This document shows, piece by piece, positions 7,896 to 17,378 of a stretch of 42,925 bases of DNA. How positions within the stretch are numbered: the first letter of the stretch is position 1; each line of letters starts with the position of its first letter. Source of the stretch: a virus; IMG/VR virus record IMGVR_UViG_3300037440_000117, positions 1 to 42,925 of that record. One strand, written 5' to 3'. Below the pieces are notes generated by a model that saw nothing but the letters and a program-made list of their open reading frames with translations, did no database searches and had not been told where the DNA came from. The translations under genes and the position numbers were made by a program.

Positions 7896-8824
7896 CCCGT
7901 CTCTGTGTTCTGGTCGTAGTGCTCTGGGCCACAACGGCACAGGCGCAGCATTTGGGATTTGTGGTCGGGCCGACCGCGCCCACGAATGCCGAAGCGGGCG
8001 ACTTCTGGAGCGACACGACCTCGAACACTCTGAAGAAGTTTAACGGGGTGACGTGGGACGATTTCAGCGGCGGCGGCGGATCGTCGGCGTGGGGCGGCAT
8101 CACGGGCACGCTCAGTAATCAAACCGACCTACAAAACGCGCTGGACGCGAAGCAAGCGGCGGGATCGTATGCGACGGCGGCCCAAGGCGCGACGGCGGAC
8201 AGTGCGTTGCAGCCTGCCGGGAATGGCGGATCGCTCACGGGGCTGACCAAGACGCAAGTGGGCCTCTCGAATGTCGATAACACGAGTGACGCGGGGAAGC
8301 CCGTCTCCAGCGCCACACAAACCGCGTTAGACGGCAAGCAGGCTACGCTGGTCAGCGCCACGAACATCAAGACGATCAACGGCTCGACGGTGTTGGGCTC
8401 GGGTGATCTGGTGGTGAGTGGCGGAGGGGGACTCGCGGCGGGAGACATCATCATTCGCCTCTCTGCGTGTGGCGCCGGGTTCGAGGAAGCAACCGAATTA
8501 AACGGCGTGACCGTGATCGGCACGCTCGCGGCGAATGCGGACGTGGGCACCACCGGCGGCGCGGACACGATCACGGGCGTGATCAATCACACGCATCCCG
8601 TCACTGATCCGGGCCATGTGCATGTCGAGAACAGCAACAACGTGACCACGGGGGGCTTGCGTGGTTGGGCAGCGGCGGATACCAGCACGAATACGTCCAC
8701 AGCGACGGGCTACAGCACCGCCAGTGCGACGACGGGTGTGACCACGACTGATCCCGCCGGCGGGGTGGCGAGTCTCGATAATCGGAGCGCCTTCGTCCGC
8801 GTCATTTTTTGCCGAAAAACGTAA
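7892..8824 (+). CDS. Tail fibre protein with signal-peptide-like N-terminus and collar-like C-terminal domain
   Basis: Track ORF 7496..8824 trimmed to ATG 7892 (ATGA overlap). N-terminus is MTRLCVLVVVLWATTAQA-Q. Contains the fibre repeats GLSNVDNTSDAGKPVSSATQTALDGK, and the C-terminus has GGADTITGVINHTHPVTDPGHVH. Confidence 0.6.
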   Translation: MTRLCVLVVVLWATTAQAQHLGFVVGPTAPTNAEAGDFWSDTTSNTLKKFNGVTWDDFSGGGGSSAWGGITGTLSNQTDLQNALDAKQAAGSYATAAQGATADSALQPAGNGGSLTGLTKTQVGLSNVDNTSDAGKPVSSATQTALDGKQATLVSATNIKTINGSTVLGSGDLVVSGGGGLAAGDIIIRLSACGAGFEEATELNGVTVIGTLAANADVGTTGGADTITGVINHTHPVTDPGHVHVENSNNVTTGGLRGWAAADTSTNTSTATGYSTASATTGVTTTDPAGGVASLDNRSAFVRVIFCRKT

Positions 8825-10267
8825 ATGGCCCGTTATCCAGCGTTTTGCGATGGCTCATTTCGGGTGCAATCGCCCGTCACGTCGCAGACGCAACTCATTA
8901 ACTGGTACACCGAGATTGCCGAGCGGGAAGGCACGGTCAGCCAGAAGACCCTGTTACCCACGCCGGGGGTGGAAGCCTTTGTCACCGTCACGACGGCCAC
9001 GGGCGGACGGGCGATGTATGACACGGGCTCGGCGCGCACGTTTGGCGTGGTGGGCTCGGCCTTCGTCGAAGTCCATACGGGGGGCACCTACACGCTACGC
9101 GGTACGCTCGCGGTGGACGCGAACCCCGCCACGATCATCAGTAACGGGGACAGCGGCGATCAACTCTTCATCACGTCTGGAGACAAGGGCTATAACTACA
9201 CGCTCAGCACGAATACGTTGACCACCGTTCTCAGCAGCGGCGCGACACAGGGCGGGATGCTCTACGGCTATTTCGTCGCGTTCGACAAGACTAACTCACA
9301 GATTTTCATTTCCGATCTGTTCGACGGCACAGTCTGGGACCCGACGCAGTTCGCGGAGAACTCGATCAGCGCGGATAGCTGGCAGGCGATGCAAGTGACG
9401 GCGTTTGGGCAGATTTGCCTCGTCGGATCGAAGACGGGCCAGTTCTGGTTCAACTCCGGCGCGTTCCCGTTCCCGTTTGCGCCCGATCCGTCTGCGTTGT
9501 TCCAAGTCGGCATTGCGGGGGCGTTCTCGATCAAGGAAGTGGCCGGCGGGGTGGCGTGGCTCGCGACCAGTACCCAAGGCGGCTACTCGGTGGTGCTCGC
9601 CTCGGGGTATTCCCCGGCGCCGATTTCGGATAAGGCGCTGGAATTCGAGTTGTCGCAGTACACCGATCTCTCGGATGCGATTGGGGACGCCTACGAGGAG
9701 CAAGGCCATACGTTCTATACCCTCACGCTGCCGGATGCGAATGTCTCGTGGACGTACGACTTCTCCACGAAGCAATGGCACCGCCGGGGGACGTGGATCA
9801 CCGCCGACAACGCCTACACCTACTGGCGTCCGGTGTTTCATTGCTTCTCGTTCGGGAAACACCTGATGGCGGATCGCGAAAGCGGCGTCATTTACTGGAT
9901 GTCGAATGACTTCGGCTCTGATGTTGAGGACTTAGAGATACGGCGGCTGCGACGGGCGCCGGCCATCAACAACAACCATCTGCGGTTGCGGTTCTCGCGG
10001 CTCGAGCTACTGGTACAAGCGGGCCTCGGGAATGCGGAGGACGAGAACCCGCAGATCATGCTGCGGCAAAGCTCGGATTTTGGGCAGACGTGGGGGAACG
10101 AAACACAGACCTCCCTCGGGCGTGTGGGCGAATTCAGCCAGCCCGTGATTTTCTGGCGGATTGGGCAGGCGCGCGGCAAGGTGTTCGAGGTCACGACGAC
10201 GGCGCGCACGCCCGTTCGGATCACGGATGCGTACCTCCACATTATGCCGTCAACCGAGGTGGCCTGA
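8825..10267 (+). CDS. Tail hub / DNA stabilisation protein, P22 gp10-like
   Basis: 480 aa, close to gp10 at ~470 aa. The ATG directly follows the previous stop. The segments LLPTPGVEAF, SDLFDG, QVGIAGAFSIKE and the C-terminal VFEVTTTARTPVRITDAYLHI parallel gp10-family landmarks as I recall them. Confidence 0.55.
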   Translation: MARYPAFCDGSFRVQSPVTSQTQLINWYTEIAEREGTVSQKTLLPTPGVEAFVTVTTATGGRAMYDTGSARTFGVVGSAFVEVHTGGTYTLRGTLAVDANPATIISNGDSGDQLFITSGDKGYNYTLSTNTLTTVLSSGATQGGMLYGYFVAFDKTNSQIFISDLFDGTVWDPTQFAENSISADSWQAMQVTAFGQICLVGSKTGQFWFNSGAFPFPFAPDPSALFQVGIAGAFSIKEVAGGVAWLATSTQGGYSVVLASGYSPAPISDKALEFELSQYTDLSDAIGDAYEEQGHTFYTLTLPDANVSWTYDFSTKQWHRRGTWITADNAYTYWRPVFHCFSFGKHLMADRESGVIYWMSNDFGSDVEDLEIRRLRRAPAINNNHLRLRFSRLELLVQAGLGNAEDENPQIMLRQSSDFGQTWGNETQTSLGRVGEFSQPVIFWRIGQARGKVFEVTTTARTPVRITDAYLHIMPSTEVA

Positions 10268-10746
10268 TGGCGACTGAATCCGGCCCACTCTTCCCGTTCA
10301 ACGATCCGATCTCAGAAAAGGTCGGCGGGAAACAACTGGTGCAATTCCGGTGGCGGCGCTGGTTCCTGCGGTTGCGGGAGGCGGTCGATAACGCGGCGGT
10401 GGCGATCCCGGTCCCGCCGGTGCTGAATGCGTCGGCTAGTCAGCCGGTCACATCGATGGACGGCGGGGCGCTCAGTGCGGGGTTGTATTCGGTGGGGTGG
10501 TATCTGCCGATTGTGACGACGGAGGCGGGCAGCACGGCACAAGTCACGATTGCATGGGTCGATTTGGGTGTGTCGAAGTCATACGTAGCCACCGCCGTGG
10601 ATGGCAGTGTGGCGAATAACACCCAGCCGGACGTGCGGTTATTGATCTACAGCGATGCGGCCAGCCCGATTACCTATGCGGTGACGTACGTGGGGGCGAC
10701 GATGGTCTACAGCTTCCGCCCGGTGTTACAGAGTACGTCGTCATGA
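10267..10746 (+). CDS. Hypothetical virion protein (in the position of a tail plug/needle-associated gene)
   Basis: Track ORF trimmed to ATG 10267 (TGATG overlap). 159 aa. Confidence 0.45.
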   Translation: MATESGPLFPFNDPISEKVGGKQLVQFRWRRWFLRLREAVDNAAVAIPVPPVLNASASQPVTSMDGGALSAGLYSVGWYLPIVTTEAGSTAQVTIAWVDLGVSKSYVATAVDGSVANNTQPDVRLLIYSDAASPITYAVTYVGATMVYSFRPVLQSTSS

Positions 10747-11123
10747 CCTCGCGCATGTTACCGCCGGATCAGTGGCCGCGCCTCGATGAGGTGGGCGCGG
10801 AGACAGTCTGGAAGCTGCTGGACCCTGAGCACGCCCAGATTCTCGTGATTGAGGACGCGGGCCAGATCGTCGGGACGCTCACGCTGATGAGCGTGTTGCA
10901 TGTCGAGTGCCTGTGGATCAAGCCCTCGCATCGAAAGGGCTACGGCGTGATGAAACGGCTGCTGGATGGCATGTGGACCGCCGCGCACGTCAAGGGCGTG
11001 AAGGCGCTCTGGTCGGGATCGGTGAGTGACACGATGACACATATTCTACATCGCCTTGGGGCGTCGGAAGTGCCGGGGCAGGCGTTTGTCTTCCCGGTGA
11101 AGGAGGACGTATGCCGCCCATAG
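10743..11123 (+). CDS. GNAT-family N-acetyltransferase (small, single domain)
   Basis: IVGTLTLMSVLHVECLWIKPSHRKGYGVMKRLLDGMWTAAHVKGVKALW...LHRLGASEV matches the GNAT beta4-alpha3 core with an xRxxGxG-type AcCoA loop. ATGA overlap upstream. Confidence 0.65.
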   Translation: MTSRMLPPDQWPRLDEVGAETVWKLLDPEHAQILVIEDAGQIVGTLTLMSVLHVECLWIKPSHRKGYGVMKRLLDGMWTAAHVKGVKALWSGSVSDTMTHILHRLGASEVPGQAFVFPVKEDVCRP

Positions 11124-11674
11124 TCGCCGCCGCTGCGATTACAGGGATCACCGCCGTGGCTGGACAAGTCGCGTCCTCTCGGGCGGCGTCGTCTGCGAAT
11201 AAGCGATCGATCTCGGCGTCTGAACGCGCTGCCATGAAGGCCGAAGCCGCCACCCGCGAAGAAGAGGCGCTCAATCGTGCCGATCAGGAGCGCCGAGACG
11301 CCGAAGACAAGCGCCGATGGGAAGTGGATCAGGCGAATCAGGCGCGGAAGCAAGCGCAAGAAGACGCACTACTGAAAGACAACTTGGCACGCGCGACCTA
11401 CGAGGACCAGATTCGCTACCGCAAGATGGTGAAGCTGTCCCAGTTGACCGGATCGCCCCTGCCGCCGCCGTTACCGACGCGCACGAGCATCGACGCGCTG
11501 TCGGAAGCGGCGCCGAGTGCGCGCCAGCAGGCGTCCGCGCCGATCATGTCTCGGCCCTCGACGGCAAACGCCATGATGGCGGCGCCGGGGGCGTTTCCCG
11601 TGAGCCCATTGAGTCCTGAACCACCACAGCGCATGCCGATCAGTAACCTGGTCGGACGCCGGAGGGTTATTTAG
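11111..11674 (+). CDS. Internal virion / ejection protein candidate (N-terminal hydrophobic helix, charged coiled region)
   Basis: MPPIVAAAAITGITAVAGQVA is followed by an E/R/K/A-rich helix and a Pro-rich tail. RBS AGGAGG. Its position after the tail hub corresponds to the P22 gp14/7/20/16 block. Confidence 0.45.
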   Translation: MPPIVAAAAITGITAVAGQVASSRAASSANKRSISASERAAMKAEAATREEEALNRADQERRDAEDKRRWEVDQANQARKQAQEDALLKDNLARATYEDQIRYRKMVKLSQLTGSPLPPPLPTRTSIDALSEAAPSARQQASAPIMSRPSTANAMMAAPGAFPVSPLSPEPPQRMPISNLVGRRRVI

Positions 11675-12562
11675 ATGATCGAATACGATCCGTATGCTCC
11701 TGATCCTGACGAGGACTGGCGGTACAACACGGGCCGCACCGCCGTGCCGAAGGATGCGCCCGCGCCAACGGCGCCGTGGACCGATCCGGACAATGCGCCG
11801 CCGGCATGGCTGTACGACGGCAACCAACAACCCGTGACTGATCCGGGGCCGGGAAACTATTGGGCGTTCGACGGCACTATGTGGGTCATTCGCACGGCGC
11901 CGCGTGCGCCCAAGCCCCCACAGATGACCACGCCAGAGGCGTCCCCGCTTCCCACAGGAGATTACACGCCGCCGGGTGGGTATGGCGGAGACGGCGGCTA
12001 TCAGGCACCTGAACGGCGACCGCTCCGCGCGTTGAACTATCCGCAGTTCAATGCTGAACGCATGGGGGCGCCGACGCCGTTCTCGTACGATCCGTTCGCG
12101 TATGAGTCCTTTCAAGCCCCAACGATTGGCGAGGCGCAGCAGGAGCCCGGTTTCGACTACGCGCTACAGCAAGGGATCAAAGCCTACGAGAACAGTAAAG
12201 CGTATCTGGGCACGTACAAATCGGGCGGGACGATCAAGGGATTGAACGATTACGCCCGCAATATGGCGAACCAGAACTACAGCCAGGTGTTTGATCGGAA
12301 AGCGCAGACCTACGATCGCAACCGCGGCAACGCCTATGGTCAATGGAGCGCGAACCGGGATAACGCGGCCGATGCCTACGCGACGAATTACGGGATTTCG
12401 CGCGACGTGTTCGATCGCAACTACACCGCGGCGAAAGACGAGTACGCGCCGAAGGCCAGATCATCGGAACTGGAATTCGCGCGCGACTGGGATCAATACG
12501 CCTATGAAGGCGATGACGAGTATCGGCGTTGGAAGGCGCAGATCGACGCGAACACACCCTAA
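11675..12562 (+). CDS. Internal virion / ejection protein candidate (low-complexity P/Y/D/N-rich)
   Basis: 295-aa ORF. The ATG directly follows the previous stop and its own stop overlaps the next start. Confidence 0.45.
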   Translation: MIEYDPYAPDPDEDWRYNTGRTAVPKDAPAPTAPWTDPDNAPPAWLYDGNQQPVTDPGPGNYWAFDGTMWVIRTAPRAPKPPQMTTPEASPLPTGDYTPPGGYGGDGGYQAPERRPLRALNYPQFNAERMGAPTPFSYDPFAYESFQAPTIGEAQQEPGFDYALQQGIKAYENSKAYLGTYKSGGTIKGLNDYARNMANQNYSQVFDRKAQTYDRNRGNAYGQWSANRDNAADAYATNYGISRDVFDRNYTAAKDEYAPKARSSELEFARDWDQYAYEGDDEYRRWKAQIDANTP

Positions 12563-14166
12563 TGGCCCGTTACGATCCGCTCCCCTACGTCCGCCCCGCC
12601 CGCGTGAGGAATCTCCGCCTTGCCGATCTATATCTCCGTCAAGGCGATCAGCAGGCGGAGTCCGAACGCCGCCGCGGGGAGATTCAAGCGCAGTTGTGGA
12701 GCAATGTCGGGAACGTCGTCGGGCAGACCGGATCAGCCATCGTGCAGGCGCCCCAGCAGGAACGGGATCGTCAGGCCAAGGAAGCGGCCGACGCGCAGAT
12801 CGCGGAGTCGCGCGGGCTCCAGTTGGGTGAACAGCGACGGGCCGTGAACGACCGCGAAAACCTCGATCTGGCGATGGGGGCGGGCTCGAGACAGAAGACG
12901 CTGGCCGCCCTGAAGGATCGCCCGGAGCTCTACGAGAAGGCGCAGGCGCATTTCTCCAACATCGATACGTCGATGAAAAAGCTCTTGGGCGATACTGCGG
13001 CGGGGATTGCCGATTTTGGCTATACGCCCGAAGCCGCGATGGCCGCGATGGATGATCTGCTCGATCAAGGCTTTGACGAGAAGAAGATCGAGCCGTTCCG
13101 CGCAGCCATTCAGCAGAATCCGGAGGCGGTGAAGACGATCGTGCAATCGTTGTTGTCACAGAGTCCCGATCCACGGCATCAGGCGATGGCGAAGCCGCAA
13201 CCGCTGGTGGAATTGAACAAGGATACAAGCCTCTACGATCCGAACACGCGCACTACGGTAGCGAGCGGTCCGGTGAGTCCGCCCCCGCGAGAGCCGAATC
13301 CGACCGAGGCATCACTAGCAGCAGCGGCAGCGGGAGGCGATCCCACGAAGGCGTTAGCGATTTTGAAGGGCCAGCGGCCCACGCCAGCATCAGCGGCGAC
13401 GACCGCGCTCCCGGAGGTCCAGGCACCGGACGATCCTGATTCACAGGACATCATGTCGCAGGCGGGACTCTCCTATCAGGGGTTTCTGGCGGCGACTGGC
13501 GACCTCTCGAAATTGGGACGCGACAGAGTGACACGCGCCCGCGCGACGGCGGAGGTTCAAGCGTGGGCGCGCAGCCGCGGGATCGACGTGTCCACATTGT
13601 CATCCCAGTTCAAGGCGTCCAATGAAGTGTTGAAGCGCAACATCATGCGCTACAACAAAACGCTAATGGCTGAGGGGGAAATCATCGGGGACGTGGATAA
13701 CCTGATGACCGCGGCGAAGGAATCGAAGCTGGGTGATGCGCGGGCGATCAACGCCGCGAAACTCTGGCTCAATGGGGAACTGAACGATCCGTCCGCGGCA
13801 ACCTACGCCCTGCATCTGAACCAGCTTCGCAACGATCTCGCGCTGTATAACTCCGCGTCTCGGGACGGCAGCGGCGAAGTGTTCGTGTCGGACATGAAGG
13901 AAGCCGAGAACGTGATCCGGCAGGGCATCGCCTCTGGGAGCCTGACCGGGTTGCAGACGGCGATCAATCGGTCGGTCGAGAAGATGGGCGGGGTCTTGGA
14001 AACCGGCGTCAACCGGGCGCGGAAGGACGTGTGGAACCTGTTCGGCGTGGGGGATAAGTTCAAGCCCGTGAATCGGAGCGGCGGCGGCAATCAGTCAGAC
14101 GCGCAACCCGGCGACATTGAATACGACATGAACGGCAAGCCGATCACGAAAGGAAAGCCCAAGTGA
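12562..14166 (+). CDS. Internal virion / ejection protein candidate (534 aa, helical)
   Basis: Track ORF trimmed to ATG 12562 (TAATG overlap). Large A/E/Q/L-rich protein. Confidence 0.45.
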   Translation: MARYDPLPYVRPARVRNLRLADLYLRQGDQQAESERRRGEIQAQLWSNVGNVVGQTGSAIVQAPQQERDRQAKEAADAQIAESRGLQLGEQRRAVNDRENLDLAMGAGSRQKTLAALKDRPELYEKAQAHFSNIDTSMKKLLGDTAAGIADFGYTPEAAMAAMDDLLDQGFDEKKIEPFRAAIQQNPEAVKTIVQSLLSQSPDPRHQAMAKPQPLVELNKDTSLYDPNTRTTVASGPVSPPPREPNPTEASLAAAAAGGDPTKALAILKGQRPTPASAATTALPEVQAPDDPDSQDIMSQAGLSYQGFLAATGDLSKLGRDRVTRARATAEVQAWARSRGIDVSTLSSQFKASNEVLKRNIMRYNKTLMAEGEIIGDVDNLMTAAKESKLGDARAINAAKLWLNGELNDPSAATYALHLNQLRNDLALYNSASRDGSGEVFVSDMKEAENVIRQGIASGSLTGLQTAINRSVEKMGGVLETGVNRARKDVWNLFGVGDKFKPVNRSGGGNQSDAQPGDIEYDMNGKPITKGKPK

Positions 14167-15704
14167 GTCAGGGCCGCGTGGTGATCGTGGATGACAGCGG
14201 GAAGCGCCATATCTTCCCTGAAGGGTTTGATCCGCGCCGAGCGGCGGGCATTGTCGCGCAAACCACGAAGGCGAAGACGCCGCGTGAGCCGGGACCGGCG
14301 ACGATTGGTGATCAGGTGCAAACCAAAGACTCTGCAACGTGGCGATTCCTGTCCGGTGCAGGCGAGATGCTGAATCCGGTCACGATCGCCAAGGGCGCCT
14401 ATGGCATGGTGCGCCATCCGCTCGATACCTACGAGTCGATGGTGGATCAATCCGCGCAGCAATTCACGAAGGCCGGAGAAGCCTACGATCGCGGTGGGAT
14501 CTCAGAGGCGCTTGGACACACGGCCGCGGGTGTGTTGCCGATGGTCGGCCCATTAGCTGCTGACATTGGAGAGCAGGTTGTGTCTGGTGATTACGCGGGG
14601 GCCGCAGGTAAGACGATCGGGCTTCTCGCGGGTCCGAAGATCGCCAAGGAAGTCATAAAGGCGCCCATTCGTGTTCCTGCTGTCCGAGCGGCCCTGGAAA
14701 AGGGAGCGGCCGCGCGTGTCGCGGACGTGATGACGCCGAAGGCTAGCAACCAGATGGCGCGGCGCATGGGTGAGAAGGCGACGAAGATCGCGCCGGAGAT
14801 TCTCAAAGAGAACCGCGGGGGATGGAGTCGTGCGGCCATCCAAAAGCAGATTCTAGGCAAGCTCGATGAGGCGGAGGGCGCGCTGGATGCCGCGGCTGAT
14901 GAACGCCTCGCGGCTAGAGCACTCGACACGCAACCGATCAAGGAGGCGTTACGCGAGAAGCGCGGGGCGCAAACCGTCCGCGCCTCGGAAGCGTCACAGG
15001 CCACGCCACGCTCGTCTGCGATTGTGACTGATTCAGCAGGACGCCCCATCTCGCCAAAGGCCACCCCTTACGGTAAGGATGTCGTCCCCGGCCCGAATCA
15101 GCCGCGTGTCGGCCAGATCGATCAGGCGCTCAGTGAATTGGATCAACTCGGCCCCACGTCCACGTATGAGCCGTTACGGAAGATGCGAGCGGCCTACGAT
15201 GAACCCGCCAAGATGACCTATAACCCGTCACTCGTGGATGACTTCCTGAAGAAGTCCGGCGAGTCGAAGGGTGCGGCGGATGTGACGGCGGCGCTCAGGG
15301 AAACACTCGCGAAAGCCGATCCGCTGACAGCGGAAGCGAACGCGAGATATGCCCTCTATAGGAGCGCGTCAGACATCCTCGAAGCCGCCGCGCAGATCGA
15401 GAAGGTGAAACCCAAGGTTGGACGCCTGATCATGGCGCGTCTGACGGCGACGATCTTTGGTGGTCAGGCGGCGGGACCGGCTGGGGCTGCGGCAGGATTC
15501 GTGCTGGCACCGGCTGTGGATAGCCTCGTCAACGCGGGGTTCACCACGAAGCTGAAAACCGCGCAGTTAATGCAGGCGATTGCCGAGGCGACGAAGGCCG
15601 GGAACGTCCCGAAGATGAACAACCTGACGCAGCAGCTAGTAAGGTCGGCCCGCGTGCCCGTCACGGCGCAGAGCCGACAAATGGAACGGGTAGGCCAAGA
15701 ATGA
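14163..15704 (+). CDS. Internal virion / ejection protein candidate (513 aa, C-terminal hydrophobic segment)
   Basis: GTGA overlap start. Contains the hydrophobic stretch RLTATIFGGQAAGPAGAAAGFVLAPAV near the C-terminus. Confidence 0.45.
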   Translation: MSQGRVVIVDDSGKRHIFPEGFDPRRAAGIVAQTTKAKTPREPGPATIGDQVQTKDSATWRFLSGAGEMLNPVTIAKGAYGMVRHPLDTYESMVDQSAQQFTKAGEAYDRGGISEALGHTAAGVLPMVGPLAADIGEQVVSGDYAGAAGKTIGLLAGPKIAKEVIKAPIRVPAVRAALEKGAAARVADVMTPKASNQMARRMGEKATKIAPEILKENRGGWSRAAIQKQILGKLDEAEGALDAAADERLAARALDTQPIKEALREKRGAQTVRASEASQATPRSSAIVTDSAGRPISPKATPYGKDVVPGPNQPRVGQIDQALSELDQLGPTSTYEPLRKMRAAYDEPAKMTYNPSLVDDFLKKSGESKGAADVTAALRETLAKADPLTAEANARYALYRSASDILEAAAQIEKVKPKVGRLIMARLTATIFGGQAAGPAGAAAGFVLAPAVDSLVNAGFTTKLKTAQLMQAIAEATKAGNVPKMNNLTQQLVRSARVPVTAQSRQMERVGQE

Positions 15705-15841
15705 AGGCGCCGAGCATGATCAAGACCGTGACCACCATGACCGTGGCAAAGACCGCGAGCACGAACAGATATAGGCGCCAGATGCCTACCAAGACGAGCG
15801 CCGGAACGTCGATGAGCCAGAAGCGCACGGAGGCATTCTAA
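15701..15841 (+). CDS. Possible 46-aa basic peptide (uncertain)
   Basis: ATGA overlap with the stop at 15704. High-GC third positions. Ends 3 nt before the ATG at 15845. The antisense frame is equally open (see rejected list). Confidence 0.25.
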   Translation: MKAPSMIKTVTTMTVAKTASTNRYRRQMPTKTSAGTSMSQKRTEAF

Positions 15842-15844
15842 CCT

Positions 15845-17374
15845 ATGGCGAATCTCACGCTCGCCCCAAATCCCTGGTTTACCGGCTTCGATGATGACGG
15901 CGACATCGTTCCGGGTGGTTTGCTGTTCACCTATGCCGCCGGCAGTTCGACCAAAAAGAACACCTACACCGACGTGGCGGGGGCGGTGGCGAACACCAAC
16001 CCGATCGTGTTGGATGCGGCGGGTCGCGTGCCGTCTGGGCTGTTCCTGTTGCCATCCAGTTACAAGTTCGTATTGGCGCCGGCCAACGATACCGATCCGC
16101 CCGCCAACCCCATCCGGACGCAAGACAATATCGGTGCCGTCCCGACGACCGACATTGACAACGATGTCACGGGCACGGCCGGCGAAGCCATGACGGCTGG
16201 GGAGGGGGCCTATCTCTCGGATGGCTCTGGGGGGCTGATTGCGGGCCGCTGGTACCTGTTCGACTCGGATAACACCTACAGCAGCACGACGCCTGAAGTC
16301 TCCTTTGTGGTGTCTGACGTGGCCGCGGCGGCGACGGGAACCTTTCGCCTGTCGGGCCGAGAGACGAATCAATCCGGGCTCACGCCGGGTGCGAATTACT
16401 ATGTCAGCGCCACGCCAGGCGCGATCACCACGACCGCGCCTGCAAACGCTCGCTTTGTAGGCCAAGCCGACAGCATTACGTCCCTCATCGTCTCCCCAAA
16501 TCCGCCACTGGTAGCGGTCGCGACGGTGGTGGACCCGAAGATCAAAGACATCTGCGACGGGCGGTTGACCTTAACCTCGGGCACGCCGGTCACGACCGCC
16601 GATGTCACGGCGGCGACGACGTTGTACTGGGCGCTCTATAAGGGCAACCAAATTAGCCTCTATAACGGCACGCGCTGGCAACACTTCACCGTCGCGCAAC
16701 TGTCGATTGCGGTCCCGGCGGTCGCCACGCAAATGTACGATGTGTTCGTCGATTACAACGCCGGGACACCCGCGCTGTCACTGACCGCATGGACCAACGA
16801 CACGACCCGCGCGACCGCGTTGACGACGCAAGACGGCGTGCTCGTCCTGACCGGCACACTCGGTAAGCGGTACGTCGGATCGGTGCGGACGGTGGCCTCC
16901 GGGCAACTGAACGACTCGGCGGCGCTGCGGCATGTGTGGAATTACTACCACCGCGTGGCGCGCCTGTGCCGCGTGCTGGAGGCCACCGATAGCTGGTCGT
17001 ACTCGACCTCCACGCGCCGACAAGCGAACGGTAGCACCGCGAATCAGCTCGCGGTCGTGATCGGCGTAGCGGAAGTGATGGTGAATGCTCACGTCGCGGT
17101 GACGGCGGTCGCGTCCGCAGATTTAGCTGCATATGTGAGTATTGGAAGGGATTCGACGACGACCCCACATACGGGTTGCACGGGCATTCAACAGACCATT
17201 CTCACCGCAAACTTCACACGGTTGACGGCGGACTTACTCGACTATCCGCCCGTGGGCTATCACATCTACACCTGGCTGGAACTGGGTCCGGGCGCTGGCA
17301 CCGTGACGTGGTACGGCGACAACGGCGGTGCGTCGAATCTGCAATCCGGCATTTATGGGTCGGTGGAGGGTTAA
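15845..17374 (+). CDS. Tail fibre / tailspike protein
   Basis: The N-terminus FTGFDDDGDIVPGGLLFTYAAGSSTKKNTYTDVAGAVANTNPIVLDAAGRVPSGLFL matches a widespread phage fibre/spike N-terminal pattern. 509 aa, last large gene of the virion operon. Confidence 0.55.
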   Translation: MANLTLAPNPWFTGFDDDGDIVPGGLLFTYAAGSSTKKNTYTDVAGAVANTNPIVLDAAGRVPSGLFLLPSSYKFVLAPANDTDPPANPIRTQDNIGAVPTTDIDNDVTGTAGEAMTAGEGAYLSDGSGGLIAGRWYLFDSDNTYSSTTPEVSFVVSDVAAAATGTFRLSGRETNQSGLTPGANYYVSATPGAITTTAPANARFVGQADSITSLIVSPNPPLVAVATVVDPKIKDICDGRLTLTSGTPVTTADVTAATTLYWALYKGNQISLYNGTRWQHFTVAQLSIAVPAVATQMYDVFVDYNAGTPALSLTAWTNDTTRATALTTQDGVLVLTGTLGKRYVGSVRTVASGQLNDSAALRHVWNYYHRVARLCRVLEATDSWSYSTSTRRQANGSTANQLAVVIGVAEVMVNAHVAVTAVASADLAAYVSIGRDSTTTPHTGCTGIQQTILTANFTRLTADLLDYPPVGYHIYTWLELGPGAGTVTWYGDNGGASNLQSGIYGSVEG

Positions 17375-17378
17375 TGAG

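Noticed and set aside
15661-15828. Antisense 55-aa very hydrophobic ORF (GTG start; RFWLIDVPALVLVGIWRLYLFVLAVFATVMVVTVLIMLGAF...), opposite the 15701-15841 gap.
   Set aside because: It shares third-codon positions with the sense frame, so its high GC3 is uninformative. It overlaps the 3' end of the 14163-15704 gene, has no RBS, and would be a lone minus-strand gene inside the late operon. Not excluded, but unsupported.
7892-17374. Diversity-generating retroelement acting on the fibre genes.
   Set aside because: No reverse transcriptase ORF exists anywhere on the circle. I saw no template/variable repeat pair matching the fibre C-termini.
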